NCBI GenBank assembly: GCA_036918135.1 | Contig: JBALDB010000005.1 | Coordinates: 32,001 to 96,000 of the forward strand | Direction: 5' to 3' | Length of the DNA: 64,000 bases | DNA from: Nostoc sp. | Lineage (GTDB): Bacteria; Cyanobacteriota; Cyanobacteriia; Cyanobacteriales; Nostocaceae | Part shown: positions 31,334 through 41,780 of the stretch, piece after piece | Numbering within the stretch: the stretch's first letter is position 1 | Layout of the letters: each line of letters starts with the position of its first letter | Program-made: the position numbers and the translations under genes | The notes under the pieces: generated by a model | What the model was told of the DNA's origin: nothing | What the model saw: the letters and a program-made list of their open reading frames with translations, nothing else | Databases searched by the model: none

Positions 31334-34069
31334 ATGAGTGTTTTCGAGAAATTATTACAAAAAACTGAAGAAAAAATCGCCCAAGTTATCTTTGATTTTA
31401 GTAACTTAATAATATTGGATTTTACTTTAGGCAGTGAAGTTAATGAACAAGAAATAACTATTGCTGGCTATAAGGTGGCACAAAGACTATATAAGCCTCT
31501 TTCCCAAAAATGGGCGTTGATTCAAAATGCACTTGGCTTAATCTACAGTGATCGGATGAAAGGTGAAAGGGCGGAAAATTTTGAACTAGCGATTGAAGCT
31601 TTTGAATTAGCGTTACAAGTCCGCACTCGTGAGAAGTTTCCCGAAGAATGGGCAGAGACGCAAACAAATCTTGGCATTACTTACTGCGATCGCATCAGGG
31701 GCAACAAAGCTAATAATTTAAAAGAAGCTATGAAGTCTTTCAAATCAGCTTTGAAAGTTTGTCAACCTAAGTCTGTACATTGGGCACAAATTCAAAATGA
31801 AATAGGATATGCTTACCTACAAATAGAAAAGAAAGGTAAAGCTGATCGCTTACTAAAAGAAGCTGCCATTAATGCTTTTACGTCAGCGTTAAACGTTTTT
31901 TCTCTTGAAAAATATCCTTCCTTTTGGGCTAAAACTCAAAAAAATCTTGGTACTGCTTATCTTCAAAGGAAAGAAGGAAATAAAGATGAGAATCTGGAAA
32001 AAGCTATAAAAGCTTTTGAATCAGCTTTGGAAATATTTGATAAAAACTCTAACGAATATGGAAGAATTCAAAAGAATCTCGGCAATATTTATCTGGAAAA
32101 GAGAAATGGGGATAAAAAGGAAAATTTAAAATGTGCAATTCAAGCTTTTAAATCTGCTTCACAAACTTACATGTACGATTATTTTCCTAATGAATTGGCA
32201 ATAACTTTGGCTGGTCTCGGAAAAGCTTACCTAAGTGCAGAAGAGTACAGTAAAGCTTACGAAGCTTTTGCTGATTCAATTAATATCGAATACTTCCTGC
32301 GATGGGAGATAATCCTTGGTACTGGTAATGAAGCAGATAAACAAAACTTGGCAGAACAATGGAGTTTTGATTATCACAGTATCCTGGAAGCTTGTTTAAA
32401 TTTAGCGAAAAATCAGCCTGATTACTTTGCCCATGCTATAGAATACGCTGAACTTAGTAAATCTCGCAACCTAGTTGAACTTCTGAATAAAAAAAACTTA
32501 TATCCTAAAGAAAATTTTTATAATTCAAACCAAGAATACCAACAGCATTGCAAAGAGCTTGATAATTTGCGAAAAGAAATATTAACTCAACAGAGGCAAA
32601 AACAAACTAAAGAAAGATTGAAAAAATTTATCCAAGAATCAAATGAGCCGATAAAAGCAATCGACACAATTATAGAGCGCATCAACAAAAAAATGCAAAA
32701 ATTGATGCACAAACAAAATAAGCTAATGCAGAAAATTAACAAAATAGATGCAAACTTTAAATTCACCCAAAAGCTTAATGAAAATGCAATCTCTTTTAGC
32801 GAGATTAAAGCCCTTGTTGCTAAAAATACTGCAATCACCGAGTGGTATATTACCAATGATAAAATTATCGCTTTTCTCATTACCCACAATGAAGAGCCTG
32901 AGATTCAACAGCAACCTCTTTTTTGGATATTTTCATCTGAAGACTTAGAGAATTTGCTCAAATGGTGTAAAGAATATTTCGACGCATACTACGCACCAAG
33001 GCGAAAACAATATAAAGAAGATAATCATAAAAAAGCAGAATTAAAAAAGCAGTGGGAAGATGGACTAACTACTCGCTTTCAAGAACTAGCAGAGATTCTG
33101 CACATAAACGACATCCTTTCTCATATTCCTAAAACCTGCGATCGCTTGATACTAGTTCCCCATCGCATTTTGCACTTGTTGCCTCTTCATGCTCTACCTT
33201 TATCTAAAGAAGAAAATCAATGCCTGTTAGACAAATTTAAAGGAGGCGTAGGTTATGCTCCTAGTTGCCAATTGCTACAAATAAGCCAAGGACTACAACG
33301 TACTGAATTTAGTGAACTGTTCGCTGTACAGAATCCCAAAAATGCCAAGTTAAAGCCTCTGGATTATGCCGAGTTAGAAGTTAACGCTATCTGTAAATTC
33401 TTTTCCTCTTCTGAAGTATTGAAACAGGAAAATGCTCGCGAAGATGCCCTCAAGGTAAGTGAGAAGTTGGCTTCATCTCATTGTTTGCACTTCGCCTGTC
33501 ATGGTACATTTGATCTGAAATCTCCTGTAGAATCAGCACTTTTATTAGCCGAATATAAGTCAGAACACAAATCTTCAGCGAAAGACCAACAATTAGAAGA
33601 AGATGGACGACTTATCCTACGGGAAATTTTTCAACTGACTCTCGATCAATGCCGTCTTGTCACTCTTTCTGCTTGCGAAACAGGTATGGTAGATCCTGAT
33701 AGCATCAGTGATGAATACATTGGTTTGCCTAGTGGCTTCATGTTTGCAGGCAGTCCCAACGTTGTCGCTAGTCTCTGGAGAGTGGATGACATTTCTACTG
33801 CCTTTTTGATGAGCAAGTTTTACGAAAACTTAACAGAGCATAGGCAGAAGCCTTCTCAACCAGAAGAGGGTGCGGTAGCAATTGCGCTCAACCAAGCTCA
33901 GTGCTGGTTGCGGGATGTAACAAATACGGAATTGAAGCAGAGGATGGAAAATTTGCCCCTCAGCAGTACTAATAAAGTAAATCTAAACAGGTTTTTTAAT
34001 CAATATGATAATGAAAAACCATTTTACAAACCCTATTACTGGGCTGCATTCTGCGCTATTGGTAAATAA
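31334..34069 (+). CDS. TPR-repeat CHAT (caspase-like) protease
   Basis: Repeated WAxTQxNLGxxY TPRs; CHAT dyad HFACHG and TLSACETG; PYYWAAF C-terminus. Confidence 0.92.
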   Translation: MSVFEKLLQKTEEKIAQVIFDFSNLIILDFTLGSEVNEQEITIAGYKVAQRLYKPLSQKWALIQNALGLIYSDRMKGERAENFELAIEAFELALQVRTREKFPEEWAETQTNLGITYCDRIRGNKANNLKEAMKSFKSALKVCQPKSVHWAQIQNEIGYAYLQIEKKGKADRLLKEAAINAFTSALNVFSLEKYPSFWAKTQKNLGTAYLQRKEGNKDENLEKAIKAFESALEIFDKNSNEYGRIQKNLGNIYLEKRNGDKKENLKCAIQAFKSASQTYMYDYFPNELAITLAGLGKAYLSAEEYSKAYEAFADSINIEYFLRWEIILGTGNEADKQNLAEQWSFDYHSILEACLNLAKNQPDYFAHAIEYAELSKSRNLVELLNKKNLYPKENFYNSNQEYQQHCKELDNLRKEILTQQRQKQTKERLKKFIQESNEPIKAIDTIIERINKKMQKLMHKQNKLMQKINKIDANFKFTQKLNENAISFSEIKALVAKNTAITEWYITNDKIIAFLITHNEEPEIQQQPLFWIFSSEDLENLLKWCKEYFDAYYAPRRKQYKEDNHKKAELKKQWEDGLTTRFQELAEILHINDILSHIPKTCDRLILVPHRILHLLPLHALPLSKEENQCLLDKFKGGVGYAPSCQLLQISQGLQRTEFSELFAVQNPKNAKLKPLDYAELEVNAICKFFSSSEVLKQENAREDALKVSEKLASSHCLHFACHGTFDLKSPVESALLLAEYKSEHKSSAKDQQLEEDGRLILREIFQLTLDQCRLVTLSACETGMVDPDSISDEYIGLPSGFMFAGSPNVVASLWRVDDISTAFLMSKFYENLTEHRQKPSQPEEGAVAIALNQAQCWLRDVTNTELKQRMENLPLSSTNKVNLNRFFNQYDNEKPFYKPYYWAAFCAIGK

Positions 34070-34081
34070 AGGAGTAAGCAA

Positions 34082-34441
34082 ATGACTTCACCTACTCAAA
34101 CTATTAGAGATTTTATTGATTTTTCACAAAAGAAGCCTGAACTGTTTACAGATGAAATTTCCGCTTCCATAGCCAATATATTATCTAATCTCCCAGACGA
34201 TGTTGAGCAAATATCAGATGCAATATTTGAATGGTGTGAAAAATACCCCCAAATCTACAATGCTTTCATACAAATACCTTCCTCTATTCTAGGAAGCGAT
34301 GACCGCGCACCTGGAAATATTCCAACTGAACTTACGGCAAAGCAAATGAAACAGGAGTTAAATAATAGGTTTCCCCAAAGAAAACCACCCTCGCAAGACA
34401 AACCTCGTAACCAACCATCATCATTCCTACCTAATAAATGA
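34082..34441 (+). CDS. Hypothetical protein, 119 aa, coupled to the CHAT gene
   Basis: AAGGAG RBS overlapping the CHAT stop region; ATGA overlap with the next gene. Confidence 0.75.
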   Translation: MTSPTQTIRDFIDFSQKKPELFTDEISASIANILSNLPDDVEQISDAIFEWCEKYPQIYNAFIQIPSSILGSDDRAPGNIPTELTAKQMKQELNNRFPQRKPPSQDKPRNQPSSFLPNK

Positions 34442-35892
34442 GCAAAACAGCCTTTACTCAGGCAACTCTTACCCTATACGCTTACCATCTGCGAACTGAC
34501 ATTAGTAAGGGAGCAGAGCAGCTCTCAGACGAAGCCGATCAAATTTGGGAGGGGTTGGTAAAACTAGGACATGCTCTCCAAATCCCTGCACTGCAACATC
34601 TTAAACAAGAATTAATCTGCTACACAGACGGTAAGTATGAGCCAACAGTAGAAAACCAACTTACATTTCAACGGGGAAGCCTGCTTCGAGCAGAAAATAA
34701 ATATCTTAAGTTGAATTTTACTGCATCCATAAAAGGCGAAAATGTAGAACTCAATGGCAAACTCGGCGCTTTTCGGCTTGACGACACTTACGCTATAGAC
34801 CTCACCTTGTCATGTGATTCTATAGATGAGCTAAAGCAGCTTAATCCAAAAGAACTTTTGCCGCCTCAATATATCCAAGCATCTATAGGCAAAACTTTAT
34901 TTCTATATGGCAAACTTGCAGCACCATGTGAAGATGATGACAGCTTAGAGAAATTAGCAGATGATTATGTTGCTCAACTTATGGTTGATGGGATTCCACT
35001 TGAATTTAATAGTAAAGGAAAGCTACTAAGTAACTTAATTTTTGAATATGAGACTCTGGAAATAGAGCCATCCAAACGATGCCACCTTTTGATTTGGTTT
35101 ATAAATGAATACACTTCAACAGAGAAGCAATTAAAGCTGGTAGGTTCGCATATACTGCCTTTACTTTGCGCCCGCCACAAAATATTATCTGCCTATAACG
35201 ACTATCAACCGTATAATCACCAAGCCAAAAATCTCTACAGCCAACTGGAACAACACGTTAAGAACTTCGAGAATATTGCAACAAATCAATCAGACCAACT
35301 TGAAGATCGACTTGAAAAGTTAAAAAAATTATTAGCAAGAGTGGCGACAAAAGTAGTTGAAAATTCTAAACACCTATGGTATATGAAAGATTATGAGACT
35401 ACGATTGCGACGAATATTAAGAACTACGAATTTAACTATAAAAAACTAAGAGAGTTGCCAGATAATAATTTATCATTTGTAGAAGAATTTATAGAATTAA
35501 CCCACAATAAGTATGAAGCTCAGTTAAAAATTGATCGCCAGTATCTAGAACCTGAAGCTAAGTTACTTCAACAATTAATTGATACAATTCGAGGTATGGT
35601 TGCAATTGATCAGGTAGAGAGCGATCGCCTGCATGAAGATAATGCTAAAAAACGAGAAAAAAAATTAGAATTAGTGATTACTGGAGTGGGTACTGGTTTA
35701 GCTTTTAGTAGTGTTTCTGCGGCAGTTATGCCTCACCCTAGCCAAACTTTACCACCAGACCTTAAATCTAGGATTGGTGGTTCCAGTTTCCTAATAGATA
35801 TTGGTTTTCATCTGCTATGCGGGTTGATTGTTGGAATGTTTATGGCTCTGATATTTTCGACAATCAGAAGTTCATATCGAAGTAAATCTTAA
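34438..35892 (+). CDS. Hypothetical protein with coiled coil and two C-terminal TM helices
   Basis: 484-aa ORF; helical region followed by LVITGVGTGLAFSSVSAAV and FLIDIGFHLLCGLIVGMFMALIF. Confidence 0.8.
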   Translation: MSKTAFTQATLTLYAYHLRTDISKGAEQLSDEADQIWEGLVKLGHALQIPALQHLKQELICYTDGKYEPTVENQLTFQRGSLLRAENKYLKLNFTASIKGENVELNGKLGAFRLDDTYAIDLTLSCDSIDELKQLNPKELLPPQYIQASIGKTLFLYGKLAAPCEDDDSLEKLADDYVAQLMVDGIPLEFNSKGKLLSNLIFEYETLEIEPSKRCHLLIWFINEYTSTEKQLKLVGSHILPLLCARHKILSAYNDYQPYNHQAKNLYSQLEQHVKNFENIATNQSDQLEDRLEKLKKLLARVATKVVENSKHLWYMKDYETTIATNIKNYEFNYKKLRELPDNNLSFVEEFIELTHNKYEAQLKIDRQYLEPEAKLLQQLIDTIRGMVAIDQVESDRLHEDNAKKREKKLELVITGVGTGLAFSSVSAAVMPHPSQTLPPDLKSRIGGSSFLIDIGFHLLCGLIVGMFMALIFSTIRSSYRSKS

Positions 35893-35940
35893 ATTTTTTC
35901 GAGCAAGATTTTGTAGTTTAAGTGAGATAAATAGCGAAAT

Positions 35941-36951
35941 ATGTTGAAACACACAAAATGTCTTTTTGGGGCTACTCTTTTCTATTTTACCACAGTGACT
36001 GTAGTTTATGGAAACACTCCTAGAGAATTATGCCAAAATGGTACGAACGTTTTTTCTCAGCTCTGTAAGGAAGTCAGAGTAGACGAAAATTCTGAAGTAT
36101 TGCCACCAGAATCTCAAATTAGAAATTTCCGAATAAATATTGTACAAAATCCGATTCCTTCGCTTATTCCCAAGCTTCGCCAGCTAAGAAAGACTCTACC
36201 TAGACAAGTTGAGGGTTCTTTGCCAATAGGGTCAGTTTTTGATTCTTTCAGAAATTTGTCTACTATTATGATGATCAAAAAATCTTCTGAGCAGCAACCA
36301 TTTCAGTTGGCTAGTTCCAAGATGCGAAATACTTACATAATGACAAAATGGGGGGAGAAAATCTTTGGTGATATTTGGAAGAATCTCAATCCTGTTGCTT
36401 CGAGAGCCACAAAGGTAGCTATGATTCCAGACGGTTATGGTACGATAGCCCAGTCCGAGCCAACACAACAAAGTATTAATGATGCTATTAGCCGTAGTCT
36501 CTACATGGATATTAGAACCAAATTGACATACTGGAAAACATTTTCAGATGCACTAGAAGCAATGAAAAAATTGGGTAATTATCCTGGATACAGTAGAATA
36601 CGCAATCAAGTTCGTTCTGATTTAGAAAATAATATTAAGGAATTATCTAACACTGAAGCATTAGTACAACAATTCAACGCAAGTATTCCTGACCTTAATA
36701 ACAAAAATTTGATTACAGAACACGAAAAACAATTTGCAGAATTTGCCATCCAGCAGATTAGACAGGCAAAAGAAATACCACGACTTAAAGAAACTGTAAG
36801 CTATACCATGAACCAAAGCTTAAACGATTCGGTTGAGGTAATAACCTCGGTGGTTAATCAGGAGTTAAAATTAACAAATTGTAATAATTCAGGTCTTAGA
36901 TCGAGTAACCAAAGACAGAATAGATCAATAACTGTCGGAAACAACCTTTGA
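35941..36951 (+). CDS. Hypothetical secreted protein
   Basis: 336-aa ORF with signal-peptide-like MLKHTKCLFGATLFYFTTVTVVYG. Confidence 0.7.
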   Translation: MLKHTKCLFGATLFYFTTVTVVYGNTPRELCQNGTNVFSQLCKEVRVDENSEVLPPESQIRNFRINIVQNPIPSLIPKLRQLRKTLPRQVEGSLPIGSVFDSFRNLSTIMMIKKSSEQQPFQLASSKMRNTYIMTKWGEKIFGDIWKNLNPVASRATKVAMIPDGYGTIAQSEPTQQSINDAISRSLYMDIRTKLTYWKTFSDALEAMKKLGNYPGYSRIRNQVRSDLENNIKELSNTEALVQQFNASIPDLNNKNLITEHEKQFAEFAIQQIRQAKEIPRLKETVSYTMNQSLNDSVEVITSVVNQELKLTNCNNSGLRSSNQRQNRSITVGNNL

Positions 36952-37146
36952 AGCAAGTTGAAGAAAATCAATACTGTATACTCTTACAAGTGCAGCAATC
37001 TGTCTTGACGTTTCACCAATTCTTGAAAACTAAGAACACAAACAGCAAACCTCTGTTTAACCCTTGATTACGCTTGAAGCCAAGAGCATTGTTTCCTGCA
37101 CTTAGTTTAAACCTGTAACACCCTAACTATTTATGCTTTCCTAGAG

Positions 37147-37558
37147 GCGATCGCACTTATAGTGATAGATTTAAAGCAGGCGATCGCCTCCCCAAATAAT
37201 CATACTTTTGTCAAGGCGATCGCTTTAAGATATTGTCCAATCTTCTATTTGTAAATTAGGCACTTTGGCAAAATCTTTAGTATTGCGTGTAACCAAAATG
37301 GCGTTTATAGAAAGAGCGATCGCACTTGTACTCATATAGTTAAAACAGGCGATCGCACTTCTGGTGATAAGTTTAATGTAGGCGATCGCAAGTTGGTATT
37401 TATTAAGTTAATCAGACAATCAGTTTAAAACGGTAATGTCTACGACGGGCGATGTCTAAGCAAGAGCGAAGATTCATATTTTTGTAAAGGCGATGTCTGG
37501 TGACAAGAAGCTTAGCTCTCTACGCACTTTTAGTCATAGGTTTAAAGCAGGCGATCGC
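37147..37558. repeat. HIP1-punctuated ~33-bp repeat array
   Basis: GCGATCGC at 37147, 37180, 37216, 37316, 37349, 37382, 37490 (interrupted) and 37551; unit GCGATCGCACTT..GT(G/C)ATA..TTTAAAGCAG recurs. Confidence 0.7.
37225..37323 (-). pseudogene. C-terminal fragment of a PIN/VapC toxin bounded by HIP1 sites
   Basis: Translates AIALSINAILVTRNTKDFAKVPNLQIEDWTIS*. Confidence 0.75.
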
Positions 37559-37693
37559 TTAGGTAAGCACTTGCATCATTGCGTATATTGTTATTGAATA
37601 TAAGTGTCTTTAACCAGTTGGCAAACAGTGAAAGAGGATTGTTTTGGTTTACCAATCAATACCACACTACCCATAAGCAAAAATTGTTCAAAA

Positions 37694-37740
37694 AATCTTA
37701 GGCAGTGCGTTAACACAGTGTAACGCACTGCCTAAGATTT
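37694..37740 (-). terminator. Long hairpin immediately after the usp stop
   Basis: AAATCTTAGGCAGTGCGTTA...TAACGCACTGCCTAAGATTT perfect stem. Confidence 0.65.
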
Positions 37741-38148
37741 TTATGGCACTATCAAGACTGGGCAAGGGGAAAGATTAATCACGCGAGTGGTAACACTATC
37801 ACTGGCTTTGTCTTCAGTCAAGCCTAGCCCCCGACAGCCCATGATAATTAAATCTGCCCCGATTTCATCAGCGACATCGCAGATGGTAAAAGCTGGCTTA
37901 CCTTGCCTTTCCAGAACTTCGGATTGAATTCCTTGACCAGAAAATAAAGATTGAGCATTTTGGAGCAGTTTGGCAACTACCTCTGGCGACACCATTGGAT
38001 CTCCACTAGGTGCGTCTGGGGGTGGTTCTTCTACCACAGACAGCAGCACCAAGCGACTGCCATACTTTTGGACAATGTTGGTAACTACCTCAGCAGCTTC
38101 CCGGGCTTCCCGGCTTTGATCGATTGGAAATAGTACTGTCTTAAACAT
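37741..38148 (-). CDS. Universal stress protein
   Basis: MFKTVLFPIDQS, ADLIIMGCRG, SPCPVLIVP. Confidence 0.92.
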   Translation of the reverse strand: MFKTVLFPIDQSREAREAAEVVTNIVQKYGSRLVLLSVVEEPPPDAPSGDPMVSPEVVAKLLQNAQSLFSGQGIQSEVLERQGKPAFTICDVADEIGADLIIMGCRGLGLTEDKASDSVTTRVINLSPCPVLIVP

Positions 38149-38237
38149 CTCTATCACCTAGACACCCCTGACTCCGGTAAAATCTGGATGGTTCTACTTT
38201 CAAAACAATAACAAAAAGGCAATCAGGAGAGTTTGCT

Positions 38238-39440
38238 GTGTCCAAAAAAAGTTTAGCAAGTTTATCTGCGGGTGATATATCTGGAAAACGCGCCTTGGTG
38301 CGGGTTGATTTTAACGTGCCTGTGGACGATGCAGGCAATATCACAGACGATACTCGCATTCGCGCCGCTCTGCCAACCATCCAAGATTTGACGCAGAAGG
38401 GAGCTAAGGTGATTCTCGTGAGCCATTTTGGGCGTCCCAAGGGTGTGGATGAGAAATTACGCCTGACACCTGTAGCTAAGCGTCTCTCTGAGTTATTGGG
38501 GCAAGAAGTTGTCAAGACTGATGACTCCATTGGCGATGAAGTTGCAGCTAAGGTGGCGGCGCTGGAAAATGGGCAAGTGCTGCTACTGGAAAATGTTCGC
38601 TTCTACAAAGAAGAAGAGAAAAACGACCCAGAATTTGCCCAAAAATTGGCAGCCAATGCTGATTTTTATGTAAATGATGCTTTTGGTACTGCACACCGCG
38701 CCCATGCTTCTACCGAAGGTGTGACTAAATTCTTGAGTCCTTCTGTAGCTGGATATTTGGTTGAGAAGGAATTGGAATATCTCCAAAACGCCATTGAAAA
38801 TCCCCAGCGTCCTTTGGCAGCAATTATCGGTGGTTCTAAAGTTTCCAGTAAAATAGGCGTGATTGAAACGCTACTGGAGAAGTGCGACAAGCTGATCGTT
38901 GGCGGTGGGATGATTTTTACCTTCTACAAAGCCCGTGGTTTGAATGTCGGTAAGTCGTTGGTAGAAGAAGACAAGCTAGAATTGGCGAAGTCTTTGGAAG
39001 CTAAGGCTAAGGAACGTGGTGTTACTTTCCTGTTACCTACAGATATTGTATCAGCAGATAAATTTGCTGCCGATGCGAATGCAACAACTGTCAGCATTGA
39101 CAATATTCCTGATGATGGTATGGGTTTGGATATTGGCCCAGACTCAGTAAAAGTTTTCCAAGAAGCCCTTGCAGATACCAAAACGGTAATTTGGAACGGG
39201 CCAATGGGTGTGTTTGAGTTTGATAAGTTTGCGGTAGGTACAGAAGCGATCGCTCGTACTCTGGCTGACATCGGCAAAGCTGGTACAACCACCATTATCG
39301 GCGGCGGCGACTCAGTGGCGGCTGTGGAAAAGGTCGGTTTAGCCGATCGAATGAGCCACATCTCCACCGGCGGCGGCGCTAGCTTGGAGTTACTCGAAGG
39401 TAAGGAATTGCCTGGAATTACAGCTTTAGATGATGCGTAA
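38238..39440 (+). CDS. pgk: Phosphoglycerate kinase
   Basis: [43 protein letters not shown]. Confidence 0.98.
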   Translation: MSKKSLASLSAGDISGKRALVRVDFNVPVDDAGNITDDTRIRAALPTIQDLTQKGAKVILVSHFGRPKGVDEKLRLTPVAKRLSELLGQEVVKTDDSIGDEVAAKVAALENGQVLLLENVRFYKEEEKNDPEFAQKLAANADFYVNDAFGTAHRAHASTEGVTKFLSPSVAGYLVEKELEYLQNAIENPQRPLAAIIGGSKVSSKIGVIETLLEKCDKLIVGGGMIFTFYKARGLNVGKSLVEEDKLELAKSLEAKAKERGVTFLLPTDIVSADKFAADANATTVSIDNIPDDGMGLDIGPDSVKVFQEALADTKTVIWNGPMGVFEFDKFAVGTEAIARTLADIGKAGTTTIIGGGDSVAAVEKVGLADRMSHISTGGGASLELLEGKELPGITALDDA

Positions 39441-39512
39441 TTAGCAACTGGGGAATAGGGACTAGGGAGATGGAGAGAAGAGTTTTTCTCCTCTGCCCCC
39501 TTACCTCTTCCA

Positions 39513-40172
39513 ATGTCCAATCCCCAGTACCTAATTAATACCCAATCCTCAAATATGGAACCAAAATGGCTGGAATGGGCGCAAAAGTTACAAGCGATCG
39601 CCCAAAATGGTCTCACTTATTCTGAAAACGTTTATGATATCGAACGCTATAAACAATTACGAGCGATCGCCACAGAAATGATGGCGACTTATTCAAACGT
39701 CGAACACAGCTATATACTTGATTTATTTAACCGTGAAGTAGGATATGCAACTCCCAAAGTTGATGTCCGAGCAGCAATTTTTCGTGACGATACTATTTTG
39801 TTAGTTAAAGAAAGATCCGATGGTTTTTGGACTTTACCTGGTGGATGGGCTGATGTTGGGGAGTCTCCCAGTGAAGTAGTCGTCAAAGAAGTATATGAAG
39901 AATCTGGATATCAGGCACGCGCTACTAAATTATTAGCAGTTTATGACAGAAACAAACAGGGACATCCACCGTTTCCGTTTTATATCTATAAGTTATTTTT
40001 TCACTGCGAACTTATTGGTGGTTCTCCATCATCAAGTATTGAAACTGAAGCAGTAGATTTTTTTGCTGAGGATGCCTTACCAGAACTTTCTATTGGACGC
40101 GTGATGCCAGCACAAATCAACCGACTTTTTCAACATTATCGCCAACCAGATTTACCCACAGACTTTGATTAG
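39513..40172 (+). CDS. NUDIX hydrolase with N-terminal Nudix_N domain (start may be 39555)
   Basis: WLEWAQKLQAIAQNGLTY, GYATPKVDVRA, Nudix box GGWADVGESPSEVVVKEVYEESG. Confidence 0.9.
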   Translation: MSNPQYLINTQSSNMEPKWLEWAQKLQAIAQNGLTYSENVYDIERYKQLRAIATEMMATYSNVEHSYILDLFNREVGYATPKVDVRAAIFRDDTILLVKERSDGFWTLPGGWADVGESPSEVVVKEVYEESGYQARATKLLAVYDRNKQGHPPFPFYIYKLFFHCELIGGSPSSSIETEAVDFFAEDALPELSIGRVMPAQINRLFQHYRQPDLPTDFD

Positions 40173-40255
40173 TAGCCCTTTCAATATTTAATATACTTTG
40201 CCAACTTTTTTAGGTAAGATACTACTACACAAATTTTCTATCTACACTGATTAAC

Positions 40256-40397
40256 TATAGCAGTCTTAAATCATTTGTGAAATATTTTTCAGTTGGTAGT
40301 CATTAGTCATTTGTCCTTTGTAATTACAAATGACTAAGGACAAATGACCAAGGACAACCATAACAAAAATTTTCACAACTCAAATAGGATTGCTATA
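40256..40397. mobile_element. MITE-like element with internal heptamer repeats
   Basis: TATAGCAGTC..ATTTGTGAAA / TTTCACAA..GATTGCTATA terminal inverted repeats; inner GTCATTA / AATGAC repeats form a stem. Confidence 0.6.
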
Positions 40398-40441
40398 TAT
40401 AGTTTGCTTCGATAGTTTACTCCCAAAATGAATGCAAAACA

Positions 40442-41320
40442 ATGATTCAAATTACTCAACAACAGCCAATCCAGCACCATCCAAGACTCGGAATTGAAGT
40501 CCTGCACGGTTGCAATCTTAACTGCCTCACAAATCTAGAGTTGCGTGAATTAAAAGAATCACTTTGGAAACATGGCGTTGTAGTCGTTAGACAGCAACAG
40601 CTTACCGCGCAACAATTAAAAGAATTTGCCAAGCAGACTTTTGGCGATTTTATGTTTGGCGGCCCTCCAAAAACATTAGATCCTGATATTAGTCCAGACT
40701 TACAAAGCCAATATGTTTATATATTGGGCAATCCTAAAGGATCGGTTCCCGATCCAGCTGGTAAATATGCGTGGCAATGGCATCATGATAAAGACGGTCT
40801 CCCCAGTACAGAGGGACTAGATATGAACGCACTATATGTTGTGATGCTTTATGGAATAGAAGTGCCGGAAGGTGTAGATGGGCAACCTCACACTACCGAG
40901 TTCCTCGATATGGTAGAAGCTTACAATAACCTAGATCCTCAACATCAGCAGCAATTAGAGCAGATGTCGATGTATCACTCGCCACCAATGTTTTCTAAAA
41001 AACCCAATGTAGAGACTGATGTACCGAGGAAATTGCATCCTATTGTGTCCACTCACAAAGTTACTGGTAAAAAGGGATTATATTTAGGTTCGGATACTGC
41101 GATCGCAGTTGGTATGGAAGATCGACCAGAAGAAGCAAAACGTTTCTGGGAAGATTTGTTTGCGACTGTTCTAGACTGCACGCCAGTCTACTCCCATGTT
41201 TGGCAGCCAGGAGATATTATTTTTTGGGACAACTCCCAGGTGATGCACAGAGGCAGACCCTACGATTCAACGAAGCACCAGCGAATTGCGTTGCGTTTAG
41301 GTGTAGTAGAGACAGGTTGA
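40442..41320 (+). CDS. TauD/TfdA-family Fe(II)/2-oxoglutarate dioxygenase
   Basis: HGVVVVRQQ, WHHD (HxD), HPIVSTHKVTGKKGLY, WQPGDIIFWDNSQVMHRG. Confidence 0.88.
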   Translation: MIQITQQQPIQHHPRLGIEVLHGCNLNCLTNLELRELKESLWKHGVVVVRQQQLTAQQLKEFAKQTFGDFMFGGPPKTLDPDISPDLQSQYVYILGNPKGSVPDPAGKYAWQWHHDKDGLPSTEGLDMNALYVVMLYGIEVPEGVDGQPHTTEFLDMVEAYNNLDPQHQQQLEQMSMYHSPPMFSKKPNVETDVPRKLHPIVSTHKVTGKKGLYLGSDTAIAVGMEDRPEEAKRFWEDLFATVLDCTPVYSHVWQPGDIIFWDNSQVMHRGRPYDSTKHQRIALRLGVVETG

Positions 41321-41327
41321 AAGACAC

Positions 41328-41460
41328 TAAGTAGGTCGGTGTGAATATTTATTGTTGAGATGAGGTAGGAGGCAGGAGGCAGGAGGCAGGAGGCAGAAGG
41401 GAAAAGGGTTTAAGCCTATTTAATTTTTCTTAACATAGTTTTTTTACACCGTTCTACTTA
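41328..41460. mobile_element. MITE-like element with internal (GGCAGGA)n
   Basis: TAAGTAGGTCGGTGT / ACACCGTTCTACTTA terminal inverted repeats. Confidence 0.55.
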
Positions 41461-41636
41461 TTACAATGTCTAAGCTAGTAATAACAAGTTTGTAGTAAGC
41501 ATTTTAGTGCTTAGAAAATTAACGATTAAAGTCCTGACTACGAACTTGTTTACTTATCAATTTAAACTTGACAGACTACTAAGCTGATGCGCGTCTAGAT
41601 TGTACATTTTTGCATTCAAATTTAATTTTTAATTTT

Positions 41637-41764
41637 TACAGCAGATTGCAAGTGAGTGAGGTACAAAATGCAGGACTGATTCATCAGATATAAAGAGTTT
41701 CTACCTCCTGCCCCCTGCCTCAAAACCCGTAACTTTGTACTTCATGCAAATGAAAACTGCTGTA
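41637..41764. mobile_element. MITE-like element with a partial second copy at 61031-61106
   Basis: TACAGCAG...CTGCTGTA termini; ~75 bp nearly identical to the reverse complement of 61031-61106. Confidence 0.65.
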
Positions 41765-41780
41765 ATTTTGCCTTGCGGTA

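Noticed and set aside
37147..37558. HIP1 array as a CRISPR array
   Set aside because: The constant part is only ~8-12 bp, the intervening sequences resemble each other and spacing is irregular.
38924..39616. 230-aa antisense ORF over pgk, and similar antisense ORFs elsewhere in the track
   Set aside because: Shadow frames of well-supported genes on the opposite strand.
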